Notes: a model not told the origin generated them from the sequence alone. Shown: positions 47,474-61,140, counted from the first letter of the stretch. The stretch: DNA of 64,000 bases from Octopus sinensis (GCF_006345805.1 NC_043002.1:109988001-110052000); one strand, 5' to 3'. Program-made: numbers and translations.

Positions 47474-47897
47474 CTGTACTCTCTTTACTCTTTTTACTCT
47501 TTTACTTGTTTCAGTCATTTGACTGCGGCCATGCTGGAGCACCGCCTTTAGTTGAGCAAATCGACCCTGGGACTTATTCTTTGTAAGCCCAGTACTTATT
47601 CTATCGGTCTCTTTTGCCAAACCGCTAAGTGACGGGGACGTAAACACACCAGCATCGGTTGTCAAGCAATGCTAGGGAGACAAACACAGACACAAACATA
47701 TACACACACACTTATATATATATACATATATACGACAGGCTTCTTTCAGTTTCCGTCTACCAAATCCACTCACAAGGCATTGGTCAGCCCGGGGCTATAG
47801 CAGAAGACACTTGCCCAAGATGCCGTGCAGTGGGACTGAACCCGAAACCATGTGGTTGGTTAGCAAGCTACTTACCACACAGCCACTCCTGCGCCTG
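47474..47897 (-). mobile_element. SINE family D, full length
   Basis: Reverse-complement match. Confidence 0.9.
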
Positions 47898-48129
47898 ATA
47901 CATAAATATTCAACATTTCAATCAGCAGGCTGTTAATTTAATGATGTGTCCAGTTGTGAATTTTTTATAGTTTTTTTGGGATTAATTATAGAAAAAATTG
48001 GTTTAATTAAAATAAATTAAAGAGATTGTCTGAAGGCTGAGATTAAAATTTTACTACCAGATAATGAGATCCTACAAATCAACCTTGAATGATAAGTGTT
48101 TCATTTAATACAACTATATATATACATAT

Positions 48130-48429
48130 GTGGAGGCGCAATGGCCTAGTGGTTAGGGCAGCGGACTCGCGGTTGTAGGATCGCGGTTTCAATTCCCAGA
48201 TCAGGCGTTGTGAGTGTTTATTGAGCAAAAACACCTAAAAAGCTCCACGAGGCTCCAGCAGGGGGTGGTGATCCCTGCTGTACTCTTTCACCACTCTTTC
48301 TCCCACTCTTTCTTTTGTTGGCCTGCTCGCTTAGCCAGCGGGGTGGCATCGTTCGAAGGCTAAAACAATGCGAATGCATTGTCACCAGCGATGTGTAACA
48401 ACATCTGATGGTCTGGTCGGTCACATGAT
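48130..48429 (+). mobile_element. SINE family B
   Basis: Same head as family A with a different tail; TSD ATATACATAT at 48120-48129 and 48430-48439. Confidence 0.9.
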
Positions 48430-48442
48430 ATATACATATACA

Positions 48443-48505
<63 letters not shown>

Positions 48506-48991
48506 AATGTGAGATCAAGGTAGAAGGTGAATACAGACACAGAATAGGAAAGAATAGGGGGGGAAGAAATGCATGTGTAGGTAGGTGTGGTGAGTGAGAA
48601 TAGTGTGACATGATCAGAGACAAGGAATGAATTGGATGCCAGGAATATCAGTTCAACAAGAGAAAGTGAAGGAAGGAAATAAGGCAACAGAGAAGATTGG
48701 TGAAAGAATGGGTGCTGGAAGATGAGTTGTAGGGGGAAGGCTCAGCAAAACCCTAATTCTGCAGAGAAAGATGAGTCTTCTTAAGTACAGCATATTGCCA
48801 TAGTCTGTCCCTCTCATCTCCTCTGAGAGATTCATATTTTGAATTTCATTTTTATTCACCATACTTGTATACATGCACACACATACACACAAATATACAG
48901 ACACACACACACACACACACACACATACACACACACATATATACATATGTATATATATGTATGTATATGTGTGTGTGTGTGTGTGTGTATT

Positions 48992-49226
48992 CGTTTTTGT
49001 TTTTCCTTTTATTTGTTTTAGTCATTTGACTGCAGCCATGATGGAGAACTGCTTTTAGTCGAACAAATGAACCCCAGAACATATTCTTTGTAAGCCTAGT
49101 ACTTATTCTATCGATCGCTTTTGCTGAACTGCTAAGTTATGGAGATGTAAACACACCAACATTGGTTGTTAAAGCAATGGGGGTGGGGACAAACACAGAC
49201 ACATGAATATATAAATATATATTTAT

Positions 49227-49268
<42 letters not shown>

Positions 49269-49428
49269 CAGGCATCTTTCAGTTTCTGTCTACCATATCC
49301 ATTCACAAGGCTTTGGTCAGCCCAAGGCTATAGTAGAAGACATTTGCCCAAGGTGCCATGCAGTGGGACTGAACCCAGAACAATGTGGCTGATAAGCAAG
49401 CTACTTACCACACAGCCACTCCTGCACC
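48992..49428 (-). mobile_element. Diverged SINE family D
   Basis: Reverse-complement match with an expanded internal microsatellite. Confidence 0.82.
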
Positions 49429-49436
49429 TATATATA

Positions 49437-49905
49437 TGATGATGATCATCATCGTTTAACCTCTGTGTTCTATGCTGGCATGGGTTGGACAGTTTGACTG
49501 AGGACTGGTGAGTCAGAGGCCGCTCCAGGCTCAATCTAGTCTGGCAAAGTTGCTACAGCTGGATGCCTTTCCTAATGTCAATCACTCCGAGAGTGTAGTG
49601 GGTACTTTTTATGTGCCACCAGCATGAGGGCCAGTCAGGAGGTACTCGCAATGACCATGCTCATGCTCAAAAGGTGTTTTTACGTGCTACCTGCATGGGA
49701 GCCAGTCCGGCGGCTCTGGCAATGACCACACTCGAATGTTGCTTTTCCCGTGCCACCAGCATATGTGCCGGTAAAGTGACACTGGCAACGATCATGCTCG
49801 AATGGTGCTTTTCATGTGTCACTGGCATGGGAGCCAATCCGTGGACCTGGCAGCGATCATGTGTGGATGTGCATTTACCAGTAGTGTCATCAGCCACGTC
49901 AGCAA
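49437..49905 (-). mobile_element. RTE family 1 3' UTR fragment
   Basis: (CAT)n tail on the left; body is the reverse complement of 58850-59360-type sequence. Confidence 0.8.
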
Positions 49906-50245
49906 TTTCATACATATATATATCATCATCATCATCACCATTTAGCGTCCGCTTTCCATGGATGCTAAATGATGATGATGATGATGATATATATATATAT
50001 ATAACTTATAAGTAAGGGCAAAAGAAAAAATTGTGAAAGAATATGTTGCAAATTAAGGAAATGCTTGAGCTAGGGTTTAAGACGAAAAGACATCAACAGT
50101 AAGATGGAAGTAAAGAACTAGACAGAATAAGACAGAATAGTGAGAGAATATTAATAAGGGTTTATAATGATAATACTTGCAAAAATACAATGAAAGGAGT
50201 AGCAAATGAGGAGCATAAACAAAAATTCTCATTCCTGGGAGGCTG

Positions 50246-50298
50246 AGTTGGAGCCTGTAGTTGGAGCCTGTAGTTGGAGCCTGTGGTTGGAGCCTGTC
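50246..50298 (+). repeat. 14-bp tandem repeat (GTTGGAGCCTGT(A/G)), about 4 units
   Basis: Directly visible. Confidence 0.85.
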
Positions 50299-50796
50299 AA
50301 ATTTTTAAAGGGATATAGCTTTTCAAGAGAACATATTGAACATCTCTGGATCTGGGTTCAAACACCACCATTATACATGGGATACTGTTTGTTACCACTC
50401 TTCCATGAAAGACATATCTTGCCTTAGGGAAATATTTCCTTGCATGGATAACAGGAATAAAAAATCTACCTGAGCCAATTTCATCTGACCCATGCACAAA
50501 TGGACATTAAAACAATGATGATGATGTATGGGAAACATCACAACTGGGAAACTTTCAAATATATGGATGTCATAAAATGTCCATTATTATATTTTATAAA
50601 CCATGTTTGGAAGTAGCCATACACCAATGGAAAAATTAAAATTACTAGTACAAAGAAAAATGGTTTTAACCGTATCATTTATACCTTATACTTATTTTCT
50701 TCTAGCTTTTACCATCCTCTTTTCCTTGCTTATTAATGCTTACCCATGTAGTATAATATTACTATATACAGTGAAACTGTGTCTATATTTAAGTGA

Positions 50797-51183
50797 GGAG
50801 GCGCAATGGCCCAGTGGTTAGGGCAGCAGACTCGCGGTCATAGGATCGCGGTTTCGATTCCCAGAACCGGGCGTTGTGAGTGTTTATTGAGCGAAAACAC
50901 CTAAAAGCTCCACGAGGCTCCAGCAGGGGATGGTGGTGATCCCTGCTGTACTCTTTCACCACAACTTTCTCTCACTCTTACTTCCTGTTTCTGTTGTACC
51001 TGTATTTCAAAGGGTTGGCCTTGTCACTCTCTGTGTCACGCTGAATATCCCCGAGAACTACGTTAAGGGTACACGTGTCTGTAAAGTGTTCGGCCACTTA
51101 CACGTTAATTTCATGAGCAGGCTGTTCCGTTGATTCGGATCTACCGGAACCCTCGTCGTCGTAATCGACGGAGTGCTTCCATC
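50797..51183 (+). mobile_element. SINE family A
   Basis: TSD ATATTTAAG(T/C)GA at 50785-50796 and 51184-51195. Confidence 0.92.
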
Positions 51184-51531
51184 ATATTTAAGCGACCATT
51201 TTAGTTCTGAAATTGTACTTGCTTAGCAAGTGATTTAATATGAAACTTTATGGTGAAACTAAAGCAATCAGTGTGGAAAAACACATATTAACCATTTAAA
51301 AACACAGAAAAACTATTAACTTAATCATTTAATATTTGGTGTCAGTGACCAGGATGCTGAGAATGCAAATAGTCATCACTAAATAATAAATGATTAAGTG
51401 AAGTTCACAGTTTTTGTGTATTTTTGAATAGTTAATATGTTTCTTTTACTCTGTAATTGCCATTTTAGTTCTGCTAACCTTATTGTATTAAATATCATAT
51501 GATACTTTACATTCCAGCACATCAAGAGGGG

Positions 51532-51700
51532 TTACGTTCTGAGTTCAAATTCCGCCGAGGTCGACTTTGCCTTTCATCCTTTCGGGGTCGATAAATTAAG
51601 TACCAGTTACGCACTGGGGTCGATGTAATCGACTTAATACCTATGTCTGTCTTTGTTTGTCCCCTCTGTGTTTAGCCCCGTGTGGGTAGTAAAAAAAAAA
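51532..51700 (+). mobile_element. SINE family C, 5'-truncated, poly(A) end
   Basis: Core and tail match. Confidence 0.85.
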
Positions 51701-53559
51701 AAAAATATCCATTCTTTTACATGAGGCTGACAAACAACTTTATATCATATAAACCCACACATATCCCTTAATCCTTACTCCTTTTCACTTTACTTTTCTT
51801 CATTTTCTGAATTTATGATGATCTAAAAATCACACCCTTGCCGATTCACTTTTAGTTACAAAGTCTATGTAGTTAAATAGATTTCAAACAACAATTCTCA
51901 TTGACAAATCTTTTCCTCAAAATTCCAATTATAGCTTGCATGTAAAGAACAATTCCTAGCATTTTAAATTTTATCTTGTGAGCACATACCTATAATTAAG
52001 CTACCTTTATAATTATTATAGATTTGCATCTTTCCATTTCTAAGACTATACGCTAATGCTACCCTATTATTATTCCCTATTATTATTATTATTATTATTA
52101 TTATCAGAAAACACATCAGTAGCATACCTCTTTCTAATATATTTTGAATCAGATTTCCTACAACACACCATATGATTACAATTTGAAATTTTAATAATCC
52201 ATTGATATTAGAAATCCATCTTGAGCTGTTTTTCTAAAACTTAGTAACATACTTTTAATATTAAACCTGATTCCTAGAAGCAAGCCATTTTAATTATGAT
52301 TTAGTACTTTTGAGAGAGCACACATATTAATCTTGTACCTTACTTCCAAATTATTCACATTCATTTTAATCTGTAGCACTATTTCTCTTCAACTTGCATA
52401 CTATACTTCAACAAACCACAACCTACAACATTACTTCCCAATTTACATATATTATCTGACAGCTTTCTTGCAGAATACTTCAAAGAGCCATATAAATACC
52501 ACTAATTTATCAATCATCACTATGGTTAAATAATTCTAATATTATTTTCTACTTTCATTCCTATGTGCAACATATTCTCTCATATTTCCTCTTACTGCTT
52601 CATTAAGTTCCTTTCTTATAGCTATCCTCATAAGTCATCCGACTACATATTTTATAAAATATTACTTCTTCTTATATGCCTTCTCTTAGGTCTCATATTC
52701 TTTCACACCATAATTTAAATCTTATAAAATTTAATTCATTGCAGAATTTTCCTTTGTTTCACATATACATAAACAGTTAAGTAAAACTTTATTGCTAAAA
52801 TATGATTGAGATATATTTTTAAATCACCTGATTCCAATTCAATGAACCCAAGATATTCTTGATTTATCATGGATTGATGCTACCTCTTTATATATATGTG
52901 TGTGTGTATGTGTGTGTATGCTTGTGTGTATTTCTCTCTCTCTCTCTCTCTCTCTGTCTCTGTGTATATATATATGCATATACAGCTCTGTTAAATACTT
53001 ATTATCTTGAAATATCTTTAAAATACAATACTAACATGCTATAATTTACATATTTCAATCAATAAGTAGAAATACAAAACCTCAAACTCTCTTTTTGAAC
53101 CATTATACTTTTCTCAGTTAAACAAAAACAACAAGTCTTTTCATTTTGAAAAATTTTATAATAACATGTTATATCCCTTTTCTTTTAAATCACTTTAATA
53201 TTATTATCAATTATCCATTTGCATAAGGTGAAATAACTTCCAGTTAAAAAAAAAATTATGATAGCTTTTTTATAAAATCTTCAAAAAGCTGTAACTCCAC
53301 CCTCTCTAAATATTTGAGCTTTCTCAATTTTTAATTTACCTAAATGTTTCTCTGAATTTCTATTTATTAGTAAATTTTGTTCTCATTTCTAATTATTCTG
53401 GTGAATAGATGAAACTATAAAACTTTCCATAAGTAATAAAGCACTTTCAGGAAAAATAAAGTGGTGTCAAGGGAGAGCTACAGTGAGAGAGATAGTGTGT
53501 AGAAGGGATGAAGATATGAAGAGGATATACAGTGAGGTGCTCATTTGAGCATATATATA

Positions 53560-54125
53560 TACACACGGTACTTCCAGAACTCAGTTTTATTGAGGTGGAT
53601 GAATCTTCTTGAAAAACCTGGTCCTTTGTCACCACCTCCATGAGATTCAAACTCCTGAGGTCAGCTGTCACAACTTCAACCCATGTCTTCCTGGGTCTCC
53701 TTCTCCCACAAACTTCTGCCACATTAAGTAGTTGGCACTTCTTGATATAGCGGTGGTCCTCATTGATAACATTACATACCCAAACATTACATGCTCAAAC
53801 TAATGCAATCTTCTTTCTTGCACATTGTGTCTGATCCCTCCTTTGCCTAGTTTTTATCTCAACACATTTGTACTATGCCATTCATGCACACTGATATTAT
53901 GCCCTCAGTGGAGAATTTTTGCTTCATTTCTTACCAGTATTCCTAAGGCCTCTGTGTTAAAGGCCTAAGTCTTATTACCATTGCAGCTCTAACACCTGCA
54001 TCACACAATCTGCCTTTGATTCTGTGGGAAAAGATATTTGTTGCTAATAGTGGTAGAAAATCCCTAAACTTTTTTCAGTCTGTTTTACTCTGGTTACTAT
54101 ACATTTAGAATAATCACCTTCCATG
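53560..54125 (-). mobile_element. Degenerate RTE family 1-like ORF2 fragment
   Basis: Minus-strand translation ...KKFRDFLPLL...RIKGRL...RNEA...QERRLH...GRRRPRKTW. Confidence 0.75.
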
Positions 54126-54129
54126 CTAG

Positions 54130-54167
<38 letters not shown>

Positions 54168-54203
54168 AAACATTTTTGCAGTATTATACATTAGGCTACA
54201 TAT

Positions 54204-54594
54204 TTCTTTTGGGAAGCACTCTGTCGGTTACGACGACAAGGGTTCCGGTTGATCCGAATCAACAGAACAGCCTGCTCGTGAAATTAACGTGTAAGAGGCT
54301 GAGCACTCCACAGACACGTGTACCCTTAACGTAGTTCTTGGGATATTCAGCGTGACACAGAGAGTGACAAGGCCGGCCCTTTGAAATACAGGTACAACAG
54401 AAACAAGAAGTAAGAGTGAGAGAAAGTTGTGGTGAAAGAGTACAGCAGGGATCACCACCATCCCCTGCCGGAGCCTCGTGGAGCTTTAGGTGTTTTCGCT
54501 CAATAAACACTCACAACACCGGTCTGGGAATCGAAACCGTGATCCTATGACCGCGAGTCCGCTGCCCTAACCACTGGGCCATTGCGCCTCCACA
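54204..54594 (-). mobile_element. SINE family A
   Basis: 14-bp TSD ATTAGGCTACATAT at 54190-54203 and 54595-54608. Confidence 0.92.
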
Positions 54595-55129
54595 ATTAGG
54601 CTACATATACAGTATGGTTGAAGTATTAGTAGATAATTTCATAGAAAATTAAGATGAAGCTTCTTTAAAAGGAAAGAATGATTATTTTAATTGTTCTTTC
54701 ACTTTAGGGAAGATTAAATTTATATGAAAGCTTCTAGTAACAGTTTAGCTACATCTGGTGTTTAATTTCTAATACTGTATTAATAATATATCCATTGTGT
54801 TATCTTGTACTGAGTGTGTCTTTTCTCTGACTTATGAAACTAGCTTGGAATATATGTGTATCTCAGTGTGTGTTTGTATGCTTGTGTGTGTATAGAGAGA
54901 ATAGATAGACATAGGTAAAGTATCCAGGTGGGTACTGTATGAGCACTCAGTTATAATCCAGGTTATGGCTAAACTGCATTGAGTTGTGGATTAGGTGTAG
55001 AAATTTCTGAGATTTAAATAAATGCTGTAATTCCATTTTTGTTGTTGGTTTGGTGCTTCTTCCCTCCTTTCCAGTTAAAGTAAAATGCTCCCCATCTCAT
55101 GCAGAGTATAAATAAATTGTTTTTATCAA

Positions 55130-57750
55130 TAAGATTTTTTTTAGATATACTCTCTATCTAAAAAAGAAATTCTGAAAAACTACAAGATAACACATAAAAA
55201 TAACCTAATTAATTTATACTTGCAGGCTATGGAAAAGTTAAATTTAGAGGACAAGGGTTAGGGTTAGTATTAGGGTAAGGGTTACCATACCTACCTCTCA
55301 AATCAACCTGAAAGACAATAAGCCTAACTCCACTATTAACCCATCTGCCAGGGGCTCCTCAAAATCAGATTTAGGCAAAATTAGTTAGCACATCATTGAT
55401 AAACACATTCCCACACAAAGGTCTAACTTTTTTGGTCTAACTCTTACAAAGAAATAGATTGATTCACTAATATTAGCAATGAAAAGTAAACTAAATTCAT
55501 TCAGTTCGATATTTCTAACTATTATGCTTCTATTAACCCCATCCTCCTCAATACTGTTATTTACTATGAAAAATTCTAATCTATCCAAAGAAGTAGATAT
55601 TATATTAACTGATAGAAAATCTATTATTGAATTTGGAAAGGACTGACCAGATATGTTTGACATTACCATGGGCTCCAGTGATTCTGCTCAGGTAACTGAC
55701 CTAGTTGGTACATATATCCTATTATGTATAAGTAGGGAATTTCTGTAAAGGGGAAAGGATTATACAGGGACGATGCTCTATTTACATTACATAAATCTAG
55801 CAATGTTAAATTAGAAAAATATAGCAAAAAGTCATTTAGTTTTTTTTCAAAGGTCTGGGATTATCTATCTCAACAAAAAGAGCACACTAAAGTTAACTTC
55901 TTGGACATTACTTTGGATTTGAGTATGGGTGAAAATCAACCATACCACAAACCCATCGATATCCTCGAATATATCAATTTTAACAGTAATCACCCCCAAA
56001 ATATTACTCAATAACAGTTCATCTCACATCTCTAGACTTTCAGCAAATGAGAAGTTCTTTACAAAAAAGTGAAAACTATTATAATAATGCGCTAGCAGAA
56101 GCAGGTTATAGGGATAAGTTACTATATAGTCCCATGACGCAAATGAAGAAGCATACAAGTAGGAATGGAACCTGGAACTTAGTATTTACAAACACAAGGA
56201 ATAGTGCTAATAACTGGGAAAGGCCCCATAGGCATAAAGTGTAAGCAGCAGGCAGGACCCAGAATAGCAATTACAGAAATAATTGTGTATTGGACTAGGT
56301 TAGAAACATAAGTAATGATAATAGTGACAAATGTGATAAAGAAAGTGCAGGTAGATCCCCCACCCTAGCAAAACTAATAACCTAAGCCATACTAGGACAG
56401 GCATCAAAAATAGGAACAACCTTAAGAAAAGGAATATACAGCAAAGGAATATTCCTTAAGAAAAGGAATATATTAATGTAAACAAGGATTATAACAACTT
56501 TGAGGATAAACTCCTTAGAAAAATGATTTGTTCTCCCAAAATTAGACTAACTCCTAATAATAATAGAGATCTCCACAAAAGAGAAAATAAATCAAGGGCT
56601 ACATTGTGGTATAATGCAGTATTTGGTAGGCAAATAACTACCAGCATTCTGGCTAAACTTTTTGTTGCTGTAGATAGGCAGTTTCCTAAATCAAACAAAT
56701 ACAATAGAAATTTTAACTGGCATACTATTAGACTGGATTTTTCCACTAGCAAAAACTGAGCACAAGTTACAGCAGCACATAAGACTTGAAGAATATCTAA
56801 ATTCCAGAGCAATGAATACCACAGTAAAGTAGTTAATAGAAATAATGACAATAATAATACAACTACACATATAGAACCAAAAAAGTAGATATTTAACCTG
56901 GGGAGATTTTGAATACTGCACTTACAGACAACGGCAGGGAAATGCACACCAAAATAGAAGCAAGTTGTGGAAGGAGACAACTATTACATTTCCTAATGAT
57001 GCTGGACCAGATACAGTAAAAGCAAGACAAAATAACAAGCGAACTGGAAACTATAGCTGAAATGTAAACACAACACTAATAGATCTATAGATGGAGGCGC
57101 AATGGCTCAGTGGTTAGGGCACGGACTCGCAGTCGGAGGATCGCGGTTTCGATTCCCAGACCGGGCGTTGTGTGTGTTTATTGAGCGAAAACACCTAAAG
57201 CTCCACGAGGCTCCGGCAGGGGGTGGTGGCGACCCCTGTTGTACTCTTTCGCCTCAACTTTCTCTCACTCCACTCTTACTTCCTGTTTCTGTTGTACCTG
57301 TATTTCAAGGGGCCGGCCTTGTCACTTTCTGTGTCACGCTGAATATCCCTGAGAACTACGTTAAGGGTGCACGTGTCTGTGGAGTACTCAGCCACTTACA
57401 CGTTAATTTCACGAGCAGGCTGTTCCGTTGATTCGGATCAACCGGAACCCTCATCGTCGTAACCGACGGAGTGCTTCCACAGATCTATAGATAGAGAAAT
57501 AGACAAAGTATCTAATTCTGGTCCCTCTAACACAGACAAAGTTAGTAACAATAAAAGTTTTTGTGGCTGTGACAAGGATAAAATCTTCCCCCTAAATGCT
57601 CAATGTCTGAGGAAAAATGCAGTATACATGAATAGGGTTACATCAGATGGAATTTGACAATTTTCAAGGCAAAGCTTGCAAATCATTTAGCTTCATTCAG
57701 GAATAGAGAGAAAATACATAACATGAGCTTAAGTGTGTTTACCTGGTCCC
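55130..57750 (+). mobile_element. Degenerate Penelope element (RT plus GIY-YIG region), interrupted by a SINE
   Basis: Manual translation across frameshifts: KSDLGKIS, FIQFDISNYYASI, FDITMGS.DSAQV, GLYRDDAL, VNFLDITLDL, SNHP, LWYN.VF...DRQFP, CGC...PLNAQCL...VY, FKAKLANH..SF..; order is colinear with Penelope ORFs. Confidence 0.85.
57093..57480 (+). mobile_element. SINE family A inserted in the Penelope element
   Basis: 12-bp TSD AGATCTATAGAT at 57081-57092 and 57481-57492. Confidence 0.92.
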
Positions 57751-57754
57751 TTAT

Positions 57755-58290
57755 ATATCATCATCATCATCATTTAACATCCATTTCCATGAGTTGGATG
57801 GTTTGACTAGCTGGCAAGGCTGGGGGCCACATTAGGCTCTGTTGTAGATTCTGGCATGGTTTTTACAACTGGATACCCTTCCTAATGTCAACCATTTCAC
57901 AGACTGTACTGGGTGCTTTTTATGTGGCATTGTCACCAGTGCTTTTTATGTGACATCAGCACCAGTATCAATTCTGCTGTGGTGGATCTTTTTGAATATA
58001 AAGAACCAGATATCTTGGTCCTTTGTCATTTCTTTTGTAAGGTTCAGTGTTTTGAGATTGGCCTTCAGTACTTTATCCCATTTCTTCCTGGTCTCCCTCT
58101 TCCATGAGATACATCCACTTTAAGTGATTGTGTACTTCTGTACACAACTGGCAACAAACATACACTTAATCTGACCAAACTAGTGCAGTCTTCCCTCCTG
58201 CAAACTGCATCTGATTCCGCTTATGCCTAATTTTTCTGTCAGTACACTCACACTCCATTGCACAGCCTTCATTCCTCTGTAGTCTTCACA
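57755..58290 (-). mobile_element. Diverged RTE family 1-like 3' fragment
   Basis: Minus strand encodes SVSVLTEKLGISGIRCSLQEGRLH...; (CAT)n tail at the left. Confidence 0.7.
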
Positions 58291-58299
58291 TGTCCTCTG

Positions 58300-59360
58300 T
58301 GAACATGGGCTGTGACTGTGGAGGAAATGCGTAAGGTCACAAGGAATGAAGCCAGTATGATCCGATGGATGTGTAATGTCAGTGTGCATACTTGACTGAG
58401 TGTGAGTACCTTGAGAGAAAAGTTGGACCTAAGAAGCATCAGATGGGGTGTGCAAGAGAGATGACTGCGCTGGTATGGTCATGTGGTGAGAATGGATGAG
58501 GACAGTTGTGTGAAAAAGTGCCACACCCTAGCGGTTGAGGGAAACTGTGGAAGAGGTAGACCCAGGAAGACCTGGGATGAAGTGGTGAAGCACGACCTTT
58601 GAACTTTAGGCCTCACCAAGGAAATGACTAGTGACCGAGACTTTTGTAAATATGCCGTGCGTGTGAAGACCCGGCAAGCCAAATGAAACCATAATCTCAT
58701 GGCCTATGCCAGGGGCATAACCAGCCCACTTATGCGTACCTTTTCCTTCTTTGTACACTAAAACTCTGCTTGTGAAGACCTGTTGAGGCAAGTGAAATCA
58801 ATCAAAAGCGAAATTAAAATCAAATTCGATGACTGGCGTCTGTGATAGCAGGGTGCAAAGAGCATCATACGAGCGTGATCATTGACAGAGCGGCTAACTG
58901 GCTTCCATGCCAGTGGCACTTAAAGGGCACCATTCGAGCATGATCGTTACCAGTGTCGCCTTACTGGCACTTGTGACCGTGCTAGTAGGGTATTAAGAGC
59001 ACCATCTGAGTGTGATCGTTGCCAGAGCGGCTATCTGGCCTACATGCCAGTGGCACGTAAAAAGCACCATTTGAGCGTGATCGTTACCAGCATCGCCTTA
59101 CTGGCACCCGCGCCGGTGGCATGTTTAAAAGATTCAAGCGAGGTCGTTGCCAGTGGAGCCTGACTGGCTCCATGCTGGTGACACGTAAAAACACCCACTA
59201 CACTCTCGGAGTGGTTGGCGTTAGGAAGGGCATCAAGCTGTAGAAACTCTGCCTGATCAAGATTGAAGCCTGGTGCAGCCATCTGGTTCGCTAGCCTTCA
59301 GTCAAATCGTCCAACCCATGCTAGCATGTAAAGCGGACGTTAAACGATGATGATGATGAT
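58300..59360 (+). mobile_element. RTE family 1 3' fragment with full 3' UTR and (GAT)n tail
   Basis: RNEASMIRWMCNVS...LRWYGHV...RGRPRKTWDEVVK; homologous to 42950-43750. Confidence 0.88.
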
Positions 59361-59728
59361 GATATACATATATGTATGTGTGTAGAAGTTAACTACTTTC
59401 AAACAAGAGTGAACTCAATACAATGAAACGATGTAGCGGTTTAATAGTTTATTAAAAAGCAGGATTAAAAATAATTCATGTTATGATTCAGTTTCACTGC
59501 CCATTTGGGTAATGATATCAATCTCCGTTGTTATATGATGTCAGATTACATGAACCATAAAAAGGGATATGAGTGATAAAACCCATTCAACCATTGGCAG
59601 CATGAAAAATCAGATATAAAACGATGATTAAGATGATGATCTAAAAATAAATAATGTTTGGATCAACAATAATGTTATCCTAAATATATTTCAAGCACAC
59701 ACACACACACATACAAACATGCACACGC

Positions 59729-59773
<45 letters not shown>

Positions 59774-60011
59774 CACATAGACGAATTGGTGTTATGTTTG
59801 TAAATAGTGGTGTGAACAAAATAAAGAGAACTCAATACATGAAAAAAAAGGCATGGCTGTACGGTAAGAAATTTGCTTCCATAATTTAGTGGTTCAGAAA
59901 AAGTGATTGGTAGAATAAGTATAATGCTTAGAGGAAAATAATAATTACAGGGGTCGAGTTGTTTGACTTAACCTGCAATCTAACGACTGAAACAAGTAAA
60001 ATATATATATA

Positions 60012-60216
60012 TATTTCTTTGCTGCCCACAAGGGGCTAAACATAGAGGGGACAAACAAGGACAGACAAAGTGATTAAGTTGATTACATCAACCCCAGTGT
60101 GTAACTGGTATTTAATTTATCGACCCCGAAAGGATGAAAGGCAAAGTCGACCTTGGCGGAATTTGAACTCAGAACGTAACGACAGACGAAATACTGCTAA
60201 GCATTTCGCCCAGCGC
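60012..60216 (-). mobile_element. SINE family C
   Basis: Reverse-complement match. Confidence 0.85.
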
Positions 60217-60907
60217 GAAATATATATATGTATGTATGTGTGTGTGTGTGTGTGTGTGTATGTGTGTGTGTGATGGATATTTATGATTCTCCTCTCTTGG
60301 AACCTGCTCCTTGCATGTTCCAGAGTATATTATGGACTGTATATTTAATATAATATGGGTTTCTGGATTAGCTTAAAGATTAATAATTTACTTATTTGCG
60401 TTCAGTTAATATTATACGTAACCTGAATATCTTTCTACCTATACTTCGGTACCAATGCATTTTAATTTTGACCTGATCCAGTGCCTTACCATTTAAGTGC
60501 ATGATCCACCTGAATCCTAATATATTACACACACACACATGAACAATTTATTATTAACATTGAGTATCTTTCTGTTATATCAAGTTTCATATTGAAGAAG
60601 AGCCATTGCTCAAAATAAATCATTAGGAAAAGGTTTTTTTTCCATATGCTTTATTTGATGATGTGCCATCTGATGATCTTCTTTTGGCACAATATGTGAA
60701 ATACCAGAGCAATAGTGAACACTAACAATTACCAACTGTATGAGTATCCATTCTACCAGACAATCACATCTAAGGATTATCCTATGACAAGGATATGTGA
60801 CTCTCAAAAGAAGAATGCTGAAAACTGGAACTATTTCCTTGTATATTAAATATTTCCTCTATCTTATACTCTAACAAAGGAATAAGGTTTTCTTTTACTT
60901 TGTTCAT

Positions 60908-60944
<37 letters not shown>

Positions 60945-61107
60945 GTAGTGTTTTCTTGTAAGTGTCAAGACATACACTATAATGCAATGAATAAGGTATA
61001 AGGCATAATTAACACCCAGTATAAGGCAAAAAGTGAAAACTAAATTAAAATTTAGATATTAAATATTAAATATTCTATGTTTAAAATTCATTCATATACT
61101 TAAGTAC

Positions 61108-61140
<33 letters not shown>

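Noticed and set aside
28124-57431. Recurrent ORF MVVIPAVLFHHNFLSLLLPVSVVPVFQ... (28124, 46080, 50930, 54228, 57102)
   Set aside because: Incidental frame within SINE family A; the recurrence reflects repeat copy number.
60700-60760. CDCLVEW motif resembling an LRRCT or EGF end
   Set aside because: Isolated short match without the flanking consensus.
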